From assembly GCA_026770705.1 (NCBI GenBank), contig JANJGN010000013.1, positions 40,548,001 through 40,612,000 of the forward strand: a stretch of 64,000 nucleotides of DNA, written 5' to 3'. The position numbers and the translations under genes are program-made. The stretch is from Isurus oxyrinchus (taxonomy: Eukaryota). The notes under the pieces were generated by a model that had not been told where the DNA came from, ran no database searches, and worked only from the letters and a program-made list of their open reading frames with translations. Positions 23,818 to 37,800 of the stretch are shown here, in pieces; within the stretch, counting starts at the first letter, position 1, and every line of letters begins with the position of its first letter.

Positions 23818-23953
23818 CAAAACAAAATACTGCAGATGCTGAAAATCTTAATTTAAGAACAAAAAATGCTGGAAAGACTTGGCAGGTTCTGATGAAAGGT
23901 CATCAACCTGAAACATTAACTTAGTTTTTCCAGCATATTTTGTTCTTATTTCA
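23818..23953. mobile_element. Short PLE fold-back remnant with hammerhead motif (23885-23921)
   Basis: GGTT-CTGATGA-A-AGGT-CATCA-ACCT-GAAAC-ATT-AACT flanked by inverted aaatgctggaaa / tttccagcat. Confidence 0.7.
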
Positions 23954-24462
23954 GGCAAATTGTGGGTCAGATGCAACATAAATCTCCGTTGATATTGTCT
24001 GAAAACCTATTTTAATCTCAGCCTTATAATCACACTTTGTTGTAAACTTTTCATCCTTACAACAATCAACCTTTTGGTCAATCTGAGCGAGTTTGTGAAT
24101 TACAACATATTATTGGCATTTAGGTGCTGTGGATCTGCATTTACCAGGATCTGGGTTGAGAGCACTCAACTGATTTCACTGAGGATCCATATCTTTGGCA
24201 AGAAAAAGAGACTTGAATCACAACAGCTCAGACCATGTTAAAACTCATAAATGAGAGAGCCATGCCATCCTCTGGAATGTTAATTTACCAAAATAAGCTC
24301 TTAGCGCTTGAAACATTTTGAAAATTTCTGGATTTAAACATGGTTAGGGTAGCGCACTTGGCCCATATCTGGTTTTCTTAACTATTTTCTACAGATAGGA
24401 GTTAGAAAATTGCTTTCAATGCTGGATTTTAAAAACCATGTGTACTCCCAATAAAAGACATA

Positions 24463-25156
24463 GGCCAGGATGCTCCCCTTGGCGATTTGGGGCCCGCTCA
24501 CTGAGGGGAAAATGACACAGCATGACATCAGGAGGAACCCTCAACATCCTGGTCTCTTTAAATATTCATGAAGGTGGGTGGACAGCGAGATCAGTTGTTT
24601 GCCTGCCGACCTGTCAATGGCCAATTAAAGCCATTGACAGGCTAATTAACCTAATTAAACACCCTGCCCTGCCAAGCTTAAGGCTGTCAGGCAGGCCAGG
24701 AGCCCCAGCTGGCTGCAGATTATTAATGAAACTTCATCCACTGGCGGGATGAAGTTTCATGTCCATTTTTTAAAAATTTAATTAATCTTATGTGTTTATT
24801 GTTAACATGTTCCATCTTGTGTGACATTTGTCACATGAGGGGGACATGTTAATAATTTTAATTATTTCTTTTCAGATTTTACTTACCTCTCACGAATCTC
24901 CCTGAGACAGGACTTTGCCTCAGGGAGCAGTGCGCTCTTTCGCACTTTCAGAGTGCACTTTGACAGTTGGGGATTCCCTCCCCCACCCCCGCACAGGAAG
25001 CGCATAGCGCCTTCTGTCGGGCAGGTCGCTGGGTGGGCCTTAATTGGCCCACCCACTCAAAATGGCGGCAGGCCCCATTTTGGCAGCGGGGTTCAGCTGC
25101 CCACCCGCCGCCAAGCCAGTGGGGCCCACCCACCAGCCAAGGGCTAAATTCTGCCC
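24463..25156 (+). mobile_element. Harbinger-type MITE, ~700 bp hairpin-rich subfamily, copy 1
   Basis: TIRs ggccaggat / aattctgccc; TSD ata/gta; colinear with 49695-50401 and, inverted, with 29986-30646. Confidence 0.88.
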
Positions 25157-26145
25157 GTAGGCTGGGATTTTCCAGCCCCACCGCAGGCGGGATGGCGCCC
25201 CAGCCAAAAGTCCATTGACTTGCAGCGGGACGAGAAGATCCCACCGATAGCCAGACAATAGGTGGTTAATGTGATAATTGGGAGGATGTGTTTCCACAAG
25301 AGTAAGCATTAAGGCCTCACAAGTTTTCTAGGGGTTTGGAAAAACATTACTTGCCACTCTGGTAGGAAAGCTCCCCGTTGATCCGTGAGATAGGCAAGCT
25401 TTTTGAAAGAAAGTGAGAGGCTTTTCAGAGCAGAACACAGACACCAAGAAAGGCAATCCAGCTTTTAGGAAACAGAATGCTGTACAGGCAATCGTGCAAC
25501 AAAAATCTGCGAAGAGAAGAGACTTAATCCTTCGACTGTTGGATAGAATACAGAGTACTCTTCTGTTTAACGTGAACTGACAACCCGCTGAATTGGATAG
25601 CACTGCCTGTTCTTTATTTAGTATCATGACATGAATATAGGTTGGACCGATTGAATGAAGTGACAGTTCATATCGCTGTGTGCATTTCACCTTAATGTGG
25701 AATATAGCTGCTCATGGTTTGAGCCAAACTTCACCTCATCTATTGCTAATTCTGTCTGATTTTTGAGAAATTGATGAAAAATATGTGTAAAGGACCTTAA
25801 TATCTGATCCAGACAGATTGCACTGGGATCGTATTGTTAAATCTCCAGGCTACTCTATTGTATAAATATTGTGTGAATAAATACAGTATGGCCAGAATTT
25901 TGAGGTCGGCAGGCGTGGTTGGTGGGCCTGGGAGCAGCCAGGAAACAGCTCGCCACCTGCAGTCGGCCTTCAACTGCAATTTCATGCTGGCTGGCCAATT
26001 AACGGTTGATGGCCTAATACAATAAATTGAATCAAGCCTTCCGTTGACTATTTTGAAAATTCCTCCATGTTGTGAAGTGAAGCTGAGAATGAAAAGAGTG
26101 ATAATGTATATGAACCTTGAGTTATTTCTCTTGTTTTTTTCAAAG

Positions 26146-26251
26146 CAAAATGCCCAAGCAAGAATCGTGCCCTTTAACCACTGCCAATGCATTATTGGAG
26201 AAAAGACGAGAATTGGCAGACGTGGAAGCAGCTCTTGCTGATCAAAAGGAG
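26146..26251 (+). CDS. CFAP73: CFAP73 exon 2
   Basis: KMPKQESCPLTTANALLEKRRELADVEAALADQKE (LLEKR.EL motif of the CCDC42 family); AG/GT boundaries; 106 nt. Confidence 0.92.
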
Positions 26252-27450
26252 GTAAAGAAACTGGCAGGGCAAAGGTTAAACCTATGTTCATAAATCAAAA
26301 AAGAATAAATGGATATATAATGTTAAAAATCTCCTTTCTCACTGGGCTTTTCCCCCTACAAGAACTACCATTCTATATATTGTTTACAAATTAGCAAATG
26401 CTGTTCAGCACATTTAGTCATTTCTCCAGATCATTGGTTTTGCAATCTGAAGTCTACTCTACTTTATCACAGATTATTTGACCCAGCAACAATGCCATTT
26501 TCACTGTCAGAGGTTGTCTGCCAATCAGTACTCCATTTAGAAATTAAACCTTTGAACAGTTAGAGTTTATGATTAACCTTAACATTTAGAAGCCAAACAC
26601 AGTTTCATTCTGACAGAAGGTTATGCAGCTCCTATCTGAGCAATTAAATATTTATCACCTTGGGTAGTTAGTTGTTCACTACATTAACAATTTTTCTTGG
26701 TTTTCTTTTCAATTCTGACACTATTAGTGATTTTCTGATTTTAAAATCATATAATGATTTTATATGATATAACAAATGCATTTGTAGTATAAGTTTCTCG
26801 CATTGTTTACCTAGAATCAACTCCATTCCACACAAGTTAAAGAGACTAGCGTTTGGAAATTGGAGCTAAAACAAGATAATTAGAAATGAATGCATTTCAG
26901 GGACTGTAGTTGCAGATTTGTAGATGTCTTAAACAAGCAAATAAGAGTGATGTAAGGAAGTCGCAGAAACATTGGCAGAACAGAAGCAATTATCTTGGAG
27001 CGAAATCGCAACCATAAGGGGGCGTATTAGAACTGTGGCATCAGGAAAAGAAATGGCAGTTTTAACACAGAACTTTATTTTTATTTGTTCTTGGGATGTG
27101 AACATTCCTAGCAAGGCCAGCATTTATTATCCATCCCTAATTCCCCATGAGAAGGTGGTGGTGAATCACATTCTTGAACCACTGCAGTCCATGTAGTGAC
27201 TCGGTGAGTATGACTATGTCAGACTGTTGCTTGTGGGACAGCAATGTCAATTTTGGCACAAGTGCCCAGATGTTAGTGAGGTGGACCTTTCAGGGTTGAC
27301 TAGGCACAGTGTGATGTGAGAGTATCCATTAAATACTAACAATTTTAAATATTTTTCCCTCTTTCCCCAAAATCATATTTTCTTAAAGAAAGTAACTCAA
27401 GGTCCCTAAATCATCCACATTTTTCTATGTTTTGTTAAAGCTGTTGCTGT

Positions 27451-28265
27451 TGTTATGACCACAGCCAGTGTTAATTGCTGAGCAAACCAAATCCCAGAGG
27501 GGAACTTGGCTTATGGGCCATACTCTTTTTTTTTATATTCTCAAACTGAGAAGACAACATACCAATCTCAACAGTAAGAGGTCCAGTAACACTTTTGGGA
27601 TTTAAGAAAGTTAAAAGTAAAAGTTTTATTAACAGGATTAAAATAAAACTTAAAGACACAAGATTATAGTTACACAATTAAGGTTAGTCAAAACATTCCC
27701 CCAAAAATCTCTCTACTTAATGAAACCCACAAGTAAACATCTTCCAGGCAACATTCCCTCATAGATGTCTAATTATGAAATCCAGTAATATTACACAAGC
27801 TGTAGCTTTAATGGAGGCATACCACATGACCTCTACCCTTTTCCACTCTTTGGTGGAATCCGCTTCAGAATAAAACTGTCTGTTGCAGCTCAAGACATTC
27901 TGGCTTGACTAGATGGTTGCTTCAAACTGCACCTCCTCCTAGCCTAGTGCTAACAGCTCCTAGCTCAGCTCCAGCTATCTCTATATATCCTAAGCTCTCC
28001 ACACTAACTCTAAAATATCTTTTTTCCCCTTTGATCTCCAGTTCCATTGTTCTCACACCTCTTTGAAACTCAAATCCTTCTTAAATATAAAATCTTTTAT
28101 GGGTCTATCTTGTCTTTTCTTTCGGGTCAATAAAATATAATATCCACACTACTAATTACCTATGGAACTCCTGCTAGAGGCAAGCATGTTTCTTGTTACC
28201 TCTGACTCTCTTTTGATGTTCAGACAAACTCTCCACTTAGCTAAAAATGCAAATCTAACCTATTG

Positions 28266-28298
<33 letters not shown>

Positions 28299-28402
28299 AC
28301 ATGCACACACACACAACACACACGCACAGATACCCGCTCTTGTTCACAGAATAACACAATATTCCCCAAAAATATTTTTAAAAAATAACATCTGTTCTCA
28401 CA
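27451..28402. mobile_element. Possible solo LTR
   Basis: Starts tgttatgaccacagcc like the LTR at 21633 and can end in ...ctcaca; no convincing TSD. Confidence 0.35.
28265..28327. repeat. (CT)n(CA)n compound microsatellite
   Basis: Directly visible. Confidence 0.9.
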
Positions 28403-28409
28403 CAGTTAT

Positions 28410-28725
28410 GTAAGCAAATGTGGCAACCATTTTCCATATCAAGTGTAACCAGTTAATTCCTTTTAGTAGTGAGAGAAATGTTGGCCTGTAGGAGAATTCC
28501 CTGGTCTTCTAGAAATAGTGGCACTGGATCTTTAACATCCACCTAAACTAATGGAACAGGCAGATGTCTGATTTAATGTTTCATATAAAAGGACAGCAGC
28601 AGTAACATTGCATCATTCTTCGCTACAGCACGAGAGTGGAGCTTAGATTGTAAGCATAGATCCCAGTTTGGGGAACCCACAGTTTTCATGCCCAGAAGCA
28701 GGAATATTACCAAGTGAGATAAGTT
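28410..28725 (-). mobile_element. Degenerate Deu-domain SINE
   Basis: Reverse complement has ...aggtggatgttaaagatccagtgccactatttctagaaga..., resembling the Deu core as recalled. Confidence 0.5.
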
Positions 28726-29985
28726 GCCAAATAAAGACTCGAGACAGCACAAAGACCAGAGATAGATATAGAATTCAAATGTGGCCCAAAACTAATTTTT
28801 AGTATAGATCTACTAAGATCACTTTGGCTCTGATGCTTTTGGTTATATATCCTAATATACGGTTACCTCATTGTGCACCTCTTCTTCCTTAATATCCACT
28901 TAAAATCTACCTCTGTAACCAAGCTTTAAGGTACTCCTCCAAATAACCTCCTCCTTTGGTTTGGTGTTAATATTTATCTGATCATGATTCTGTGAAGTGC
29001 CTTGGAATATTTTCCTACCTTAAACTTGTAATATAAATGCAAGTTGTTGTTGTAACAATTTCAGTGACTGGTTGCTAAACCCGGCCAAATCTTTGTCCCA
29101 CTCAACATTCTTTAAAGATTTTTTCCCTTATTTTGTAATCATATTTACTACTTTTGGTACTGTGATGGATATCTAGTTCATGGTTCATGTAGGTATTTTT
29201 AGAGGTAATTTTTAGTTCTGGGAAGATTAAAGTTTTAATGTAGAAAATGGGATAAATAAAACTAAAGCAGCTTGAAGACTACTATACTTAAAAGGTTGAG
29301 GCTATGTTGATTTAGGGGGTTAACAGCAGGAAAGGAAAGATCTTAAAATAGCAGGTGGGCTTACTTAGCTGGAAAACTGGAGCTGTGGTGTCTATACTGC
29401 TTGCAAGGAGGTGCAGTCCAGGGAGATGTTTGTTTTGCAACTTAGAGCTAAATTAGTTTAAAAGCATTCAGTAAGAGATGAGTGGAGTTAAGAACCTTAC
29501 AAAGGTTCTCTGGGTTTCAATTTATCTGTGTGTTTTCTGGGAGAGGGGGTGTTCTGCAGCAGGGGAAGAGGCTTCATCTGGAAAAGCTGCTGTCAGTAGC
29601 AGGCTCCAGCCAGTTGGGACACAGAAAAGCCCTGGGAGCCGTATGGTGTAGCTGAGGCTTGCGGTTTGGACCTTGGATGGTTTACTGCTCACAGAGAAGC
29701 GCTGGAAGCCATTCAGTGCAGTTAAGGCTCAGGAGAAGTCCTGGAAGCCATTTATAGCTGTTGTAGCCAGCAGACTGGAGTTTCAAGAAACTGAGAGGCA
29801 GTGCCAGCTTAGTGAAGCTAGCAGTCAGTGAAAGACTTCGAAGTGTGCTGGTAATTAGAGGTGTAAATGCAGCTTTATGAATCCCATGGAATGCAGTTTC
29901 AGAAGAAGAGACTGAACCATCAAGGAGTGAACAGTCATTGAGCCGGTCTGGGTCAGAATAGTTTTTATGGGAATTCAGAGGCTAT

Positions 29986-30646
29986 GGAAAATATTTTCCC
30001 CCCGTTGGAGGGGAAGTGCAGGAGTGGGTGTGGGCAGGCGCGCCTCCAATCAGGGACATGCTGCCATTTTACGTGGGCGGGCCAACGCTATGCGCTCCTT
30101 GTGTGGGCGAGGGGGGGATTCCCTCAACCGAGAGTGCGCTCTTTCACGCACGCACACAAAAGAGCACACTGATTTCCCTGAGGCTAAGTGCTGCCTCAGG
30201 GAGACCGGCTCCAATTTAAAAATGTTTAACAAATGATAGCAAGATTTCCCTGACATATTCCCTCATGTGACACTGTCACATGAGTTGGGACATGTCCATC
30301 ACTTTTACTGAAACCTTTATTAAGTATTTTAAAACTCTCATGAAACCTCATCCCGCCCGTGGATGAGGTTTCATGCTTTCTCTTAAGCCCGCCAGGGCTC
30401 CCGGCCTGCCCACCAACCCTAAGGTTGGACGGGCAGGTTCATTTATGATGTTAATTACTTTTTAAATGGCCTCAATAGGCTGTTGACAGGTCAGCGGGCG
30501 CGCAGCTAATTTGGCTGCGCCCCTGCCGACCTGAAAATGGAAATGACGCGGGGTGACGTCGGGAGTTCCACCCAACGTCATCCCGCGTCATTTTACACAT
30601 CAACGAGTAGGCTCCACCCCTGCTCACCAAATGGAAGATCCTCCCC
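29986..30646 (-). mobile_element. Harbinger-type MITE, hairpin-rich subfamily, inverted copy
   Basis: TSD tat/tat; same hairpin series as 24463 and 49695 in reverse order. Confidence 0.85.
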
Positions 30647-31583
30647 TATGTCTTTAAAAATGAGGAGTTTAAATCCTTTGTGAGGGAGACAGAGTTTTAA
30701 CAACATACTGTGAATCATAGTGGTCACTGATGTCTGGGTGGGTTGCTGAGAAATCCGTGCAATCTGTCTTAGTTGTATCTGCCAGCTAATGTGTAGTGTG
30801 GTGTTTTTGACCAGTTTGCTTATTAATTCATATTTACCTCCTGTTAATTCTGAATGTTAGAGTATAAGATAGATGTTGTAAATTGTTTTACTTTCCTGAC
30901 TTTGTAAGTAAAGTGTTTTTTTTAAACCATGGAATCATGTGGCTTTATTTTCCTAATGGGTAACCAGGATTTCAGACTTTGTCTACTTTAAACAATAAGT
31001 TGCTGGTCCCTAACTGGATCGTACTATTACCAGTGTACATTACATTACACATCTTTATATTGAATTCCATCTGATAAACATCAGTGTTCTGTTTCACTGT
31101 CTGTTACCACCCAATACAATTTTGTACCATCAGCATTCTACAGATCCCGTTTTGGTGAGACTGTGGTGCACTGAATTGCAATATCAACTCATAGTGCCCT
31201 GGAATGATGGCCATCTGTGATCCATCACAGCAGTGAATTGCCAATTTAACCTGTGTGGTCATAGGTAAATGCTTAGCAGAAGTCAGGCATTTCCCCATGG
31301 GTGGGAGGGAAAATTGACGTGAGACTGTTGAGTGAACACATTTTTGGCTTGTATCAGTTGCTGAGAAGATTCTCTCTACTGTAATTGGTGTGTAGCTCAC
31401 AGACAGGGGAGATAACAACTTGAAAAAAAAGCATTTGTAACTTGAAAGTTCATAAAACTCCCTCTAATGACTGAATGTCGTGAGGTCACACAAACTTAAC
31501 TAATCCCTCCTTTTAGTAAGATCTGATTATCTATAAGAATCTAATGCATATGTTTTTTTTAAGTCATATTTCTCCTTTGGCAG

Positions 31584-31688
31584 GACTTCCAGATGAAAAT
31601 GAAAATTTTGCAGCAGAGAAGAGAGGATCTAAAAGAAAAGGAAGAAGAGCTGAAACAATCACTTCTGAAATTTGATAAGTTCTTGGAG
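31584..31688 (+). CDS. CFAP73: CFAP73 exon 3
   Basis: DFQMKMKILQQRREDLKEKEEELKQSLLKFDKFLE (DUF4200-type KFDKFL motif); cag|...|gtaagg; 105 nt. Confidence 0.95.
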
Positions 31689-33404
31689 GTAAGGATGCAG
31701 TGTGGATTGGCGAGGCCGTTTTGATTATATTAGCTGGTTTTGAAAATCACCTGGCAAAAATGTATTTTATTTAATAATGATTCTTATTCTGCAACTCAGT
31801 AACTCTAACTTATTCAGACTTAACTTTTGGGCTGTGGAGCTGGCCTACTGCAAGATTACACAGCCCCAAGGCCAGAATCTGGATAAATTGATCAGAAATT
31901 AAGTGGTATCAAAAGTAATAGTAACATCTCTATATTCGCGTGAAATATGTCACTTTCATTCTGTATGTGTGAAGGGACGTAGAGAGGGATGCCCTCTAGT
32001 AGCTACAATGTACTCTATACTGGTGAAGATAAGGATGAAGGGTGCAAGAAGGATGGCCAGAATGCTAACCATGGCACCAAGGAACTGGAGGCAGTCTAAA
32101 GAGAGGGAGGAGCAGAGTAGGAAGGTTGCAGACACAGGAAGTTCAATAATTAGGAAGATAGATAGCATCCTCTGCAATTGCAATTGAGAGCCGAGGCATC
32201 TGTGTTTCCTACTTGGTGCAATGGTAAAGGATATCTCAGAGGACCTGAAAGGAACTTGGAAAAGGAGAGGGGGCTGGTGGGGATTCAGTTCTCATGTGCC
32301 ATGTCTAGACCAATAACATAGGGAAGAACAAGGAGGAGGTACCAATAAGGGAGTATGAGAGGCTAGGAAACAAATTACAAAGTAGGATCCCACAGGTGAT
32401 AATCTGTAGATAACTACCCGAGCCACATGCTAATTGGCAGAGGAGTAAGTAGACCAAGAAGGTAAGTGCTGTTTCAGAATGAAAAGAATCAACTTATAGG
32501 TAATAACAGTTAAATGACATAAATATTGAATAATTACATTGCCTCAATATTTACCAGGGAGACTAAAAAGGTGAACATAATATTAGAAAAAGACATTTAA
32601 AAAGGTATAGAGATATTTAAGATAGAAAGGAGAGATAATTGATAAATTAGGCAAATTTGCAGAATATGAAACCTTGATTCAGATGGATTGCACCTATGCG
32701 TATTAAATGAAATAAGGGAAGATATACCAAATGCATTATTAAATATTTATAAAACTTCATTAGAGAAAGTGAAGGTCTGAGAGGACTGGCAGACGGCCAA
32801 TGTTATTTCAATTTTTTAGAAGAGAGATAGAACATATCCAGGAAACTATAGACCAGTTAGCTCACCATTGGTGGTAGGAAAGATAATGGAGCCTTTACTT
32901 AAAGCTGTAATAGGAAAAACATCTGGGCCAGAAGTTTCCAGCTGATGTACGGATGGTGTAGCCTGCGCGTCAACATGTAAAATTACGTGCGCTGATGTCG
33001 CGCGAGTGTGCCAACATCAGCGCGCGTCATCGTGATACTTCGGTGGGCGGGCGCGATCAGTTCACCCGCCATTAATTGAAGGGCTCGTTAAGCCCCTCAA
33101 TTTGTCAATTGTGTACGATTTTGAGGGGTCCGTGTGAACTTCGGGTCGGTGCACGGGCCCAACGGGAAGGCAGGTAGGAGATTATTTAAGAAAACTTTTG
33201 CAATGTCGGGATATGTGGACTCAGAGGGGTTGTTCATGTTTTTGACAAAGTTATAATTGATGAAAGTGTTTTAAAATTGCCTGTGTGAGTGTTAACAGTT
33301 CTCATCAATTTCCAAGAGCTTCTTGTGTACTTTGAAACCATTCTGCAGACAGTAATCTTTCTTGGACCTGCAGCTTTCTGGAGGCCTCCATTTAGCCTGG
33401 GGAT

Positions 33405-34576
33405 ATGGGTTCTGATCTCTCCACTGGAGGCAGCTCCCCTGAGGAGGAAGGGAGGGATAGAATAAGGAGGAGGCCAGGAATGGACAATCTGCCTCCAGGG
33501 GAGCCACCTTTGGGAAGCCAGGCACAGGTACAAGGGGTTCAGGGCCAAGAAGTTGTCCAAGACAGAAGGGGCCGCAGAAGACGCCACTATCCTGCTGCCA
33601 GGGTATACAGGCGGTGAAGCAGCTCCTCAGTATGACTGAGGTGCAGTGCCGAAGGAGGCTCCGACTTTCAAGGGAGACTCTCAACTATATCTGTCAGATG
33701 ATTGGCCCTGAGATCTCCCCTAACTGTGTGGGTGAACACCCCATGCCAGTGGCTCTGAAGCTCACAGTTGCCCTCCACTTCTATGCCTCTGGCTCCTTCC
33801 AGAGGTCGGTGGGTCCACACTTGTGTCAAGCAGGTTACAGATGCTCTGTTCAGACGGGTATCCACTTTCATCCACTTGAGCTGCGACCAAGCAAGCCAGA
33901 CAGAGGAAGTCAGAGGCTTCGCGGCCATTGCTGGCTTCCCCCATGTCCAGGGTGCTATAGACTACACACATGTGGCCATCAAGGCATCAGCAGGTGAGCC
34001 TGGTGCCTTCATCAACAGGAAGGGCTTCCACTCCATGAACGTGCAGATCCTGCAAGTCTGTGCAAGGTACCCAGGCAGCTCCCATGACGCCTACATCCTC
34101 AGACACTCGCAGGTTCCAGGGCTGTTCAGTGTGCTGGATGGTTGGCTGCTGGGTGACAAAGGCTATGCCCTGCGAAGCTGGCTCATGACGCCAGTATGCC
34201 GTCCAAGAACAGAAGCTGAGCAGCGGTACAATAGGAGCCAGGGCACCACAAGGGCTGTGGTGGAGAGAACCATCGGTCTTCTCAAGATGCGCTTCCGTTG
34301 CCTGGACCGTTCAGGGGCTGCACTCCAGTACTCCCCAGATCGCGTCTCTCTGACAGTGTAGCATGCTGCACTCTGCATAATCTTGCGCTGGAAAGGGGGG
34401 ATGCAGTTGGTGATGAAGATCTTGACACCCTGGATGAGGCTGCACATGATGAATCCAGCAGTGCCTCAGAGGATGAGGAAGTACAGGGCAAAGATGAGGG
34501 GCAGAACAATGACCCGCATTTACACCAAGGAGGCAGGGACAGCTGGGACAATTTAATCCAAAGAACCTTCAGCTAG
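33405..34576 (+). pseudogene. Harbinger DDE transposase (HARBI1-like family), disrupted
   Basis: FPHVQGAIDYTHV, NRKGFHSMNVQ, YPGSSHDAYIL, LLGDKGY, VERTIGLLKMRFRCL; stop at 33615 and frameshifts/deletions near 33810, 34046 and 34355. Confidence 0.92.
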
Positions 34577-34887
34577 CTCCACACACATGGATCAGCAGGA
34601 ACAGCATTGCCTGGCACTTCCACACGTGGCACTTAGGTACCACATCTTCCACCTGTTCAGCTGCAGATAAGGGCTTAGTACAGAAACATCAATGTCCACT
34701 CAAACACTCATGATAAATATATGAAAAAGAAAAATGCACCACAAACAAAAGACCCTCACCCATGGTTACAAAGTTAGACTTTATTTTGCCCAAAACAAAA
34801 ACACACACCACTTGTTAGTGATCACAACAATATGGGTCTTTATTCTAAGGCCAACACAAAATCACCAGTGACATACCCGGGGAGTGC

Positions 34888-37800
34888 CTAAGGTGCCTTA
34901 CGATTACGTTTTCGGGTGCTACGTCTAGGTGCCGCCCCACCGCTCGGAGTGGCTTGAGAGGCAGCCTGCTGTCTCTGGTGTCCTATTGGGCTCGATGACC
35001 TTGGTGGGCATTCTCTGGCCCGTGGAGCCTGTGATGGCCCCGCCTGGGAGGGATGGGCCGGTTCCAGAACTGGCACTTCCCCAGTTGTTGCAGCCTCAAT
35101 GGAAGAAACATTGACTGGCAGAGGGCCGGAGGAGCTGCTGCCCTCATCCGGAGCGCCCTGAGAGGAGCTCGCAATGACAGCAGGCAGCTACTGTGCCGAC
35201 ATGAGGTCCAAATCTACCTCCCTGCTCACCGCAGATGCATGGGCACTGAGTGCCGGTGCTTGGTGTCCACAACATCTCCCACAATGGAAAACACCACCTG
35301 TGGCCAGAACCGCTGGGAGGGCTTGCAGGTCAGAGCGTAACCCAATTATATTTTGATCCATTTGGTGGAAGCCCCTCTCAATGAGAGTTGCCAATCTCTC
35401 ATTGAAGGAACAAAAACAAAAATACTGGAAAAACTCAGCAGGTCTGGCAGCATCTGTGGAGTGGAACACAGTTAACGTTTCGACCCTTCAACAGAACCCA
35501 TTCGGACTTGAAACGTTAACTGTGTTCCTCTCCACAGATGCTGCCAGACCTGCTGAGTTTTTCCAGGTATTTTTGTTTTTGTTTTGGATTTCCAGCATCT
35601 GCAGTTTTTTGCTTTTATCTCATTGAAGGAATCCTGATGCTCTGCCCTGAGGGCGGATTCTTTGTGTGCACTCCGCCTAGACTCCTCCGTCGCAGAGAGC
35701 AACTGAACCATTCCCTCATGCAACCCTGCTAGATGCAAAGGCACTTCCTGCCGCCTTTCCTGCAGCTGCTGCAATGGGGACAACTCCAGAGGCACGTCAT
35801 CAGTGCCGGACTCAGCATGTGCCTCGGCTGCTGGAGCCATCGGCACTCTCTGCCCTTATCATCTCCTCCAACGATCATGATGTGCCCTCTCCACTGTGAC
35901 CCGGGACACTAGCCGACGGTAAAGTCCCCACTGGTGTGTGTGTGTCTGCGCTGGTGCCTGGCTGGCTGAAATGATGTGCCGCAAGTTGCACTTGTTGGCT
36001 CTCAGGTGTGAAGGGGGGGGGCCACGGGGTCGAGGTGCGAGTTGCTCTCGTGGTGATGCTGAAATTAACAACAAAGACAGTGCATTCAGTTCAATCTTTC
36101 ATCCCTTTCCCCCTCAGCCTCAAAAGTCACTCACCCTTCAAGACCTTAAGGAGAAGAACATTGGTGAGGTGAAAAAGAGTCAAGATGAGCCCCAAACATT
36201 AAATGCACATGTAGACAGGCTGGTCAGATGGCCTCAGGAATGTCACATAGCTTGTTATGAACCATAGGAGTGGGGAGAGTGCAGAGGTACCTGACCTGGA
36301 TGCATTGCGACCTGGATAGTTGCGGGGCTGAGGAAACATTGTAAACAGTAGCGACATTTGCTGTTGATCACAGGAGATTGAGAGGTCACATTATTGGCCT
36401 TCATTCCATAAGGAGGGCCCATACCAGGTGGGCAGAAGGCAACATTTCTCCTTGGCGCAGGGATGAGTAACATGGTGGCATTCATCTAAGTTGAGTGCCA
36501 TGATGTTCACAGCTAAGGTGCTGAGGACCTTTTGGACAGAGTAATGTGGGGCGCACTGGCTGAAAGGGTGCTGGAGGTCCCAAACCCCCTCAGATGAAAT
36601 AAGTCTTTGGCTGTGTGGCAGCGATCCAATGGCATGTTAGACCATAGTGATAGTGGTCACAAATGGGATAAGGTGACTTTGGAAGGTGGTGGAGAGGCGA
36701 TTCCTCAAGGGGACGAGGGTCCCTAAAGTATGACCCACACGTCAGAAAGCCTTAGTCAGTGAATGAGCAGTGTTTCAGCATTAACAATTGCAGCAACTGA
36801 TAGTGGGCAGACAGAGTAGGTGGGACTGTTGACCTCAAATACATGCCCGCCGGACCCCAGCCTCGTCGCCCTCGGCTGCCCTGGCCTTCTGATTCCTGCC
36901 CAGCTCCATGGCCTGATCTTCAAAAGGCGTGAGGCACTGCGGGAGGGCGCACCCACCTCCAGTCCTCTGGCTCTCCCAGGCATTGTGGTGAGTTTTTGCC
37001 TGCAAAACAGAGAAGAGGATTTATTGGGGCTGATCATTCATGTAGTCTGCAAGCACACGCGGCACCCCAACCACAGTGGCCCATCTGAGACCTCCAGCGA
37101 CTCCTGTCCACACTATTGGTGATCAGTCCCCAGAAGATAGCACGGTTGGTCCCAAACCCCTCCCCCAACAGCCACTTTGGACACATTCGGCGTCCATCAC
37201 TTTGAATATCACACGGCTCTTAGCACCCCTGGCAAAGAGGCGCAACTAGGTGTGGTGCCAATGCCAGCAGATGGCACTTGCCCAAAGCACCTTGAGGCAC
37301 CCCTTGCACCATCTCATTACCATCAATATGACGTGCTGGAGTTCTGAGTATGTGTCGTGCAGCCTCCCCTGCAGGTTGCCCCCAGACTACTCAAAGCCAC
37401 AAAAACCAACATATGCTGCGGTGAGAACCCTTCTTCTCCTCAACCACTAAGGCTGGTGTAAGCATGGTCAGTAACCATTTGCCCACCCAGCGTACGACAG
37501 ATGCCCTATGCAGTAATGACAGCAAAACATGGTGGGGTGGGGGGGGTCAAAGGCTAAGGCTGCCTTCTGGGTCAGATGGCCAAGACAGACATGGTACTCA
37601 CCCTTCCAGAGCGCAGCAAATCATTGAATCATTTCCTGCACTGTGTGCCAGTGGGCCGCACATCATGGGCGCTTACAGCATCACCCACCTCCTCCCACAC
37701 CCAACTGGTGACATGGGGGGTCCTGCTCCTCCCATCCTCCAGATACAGAAGGTGTCGATGGATGCCCACCTCTTGCAGGAGGACAGCAAGGCATGCATCG

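Noticed and set aside
29161-31025. Solo LTR hosting the MITE at 29986
   Set aside because: The composition is LTR-like and it starts with TG, but I could not identify a CA end and TSD with confidence.
33405-34576. Domesticated HARBI1 host gene
   Set aside because: It has stops, frameshifts and deletions, and lies between TIRs with a Myb partner inside a CR1, so it is a transposon copy.
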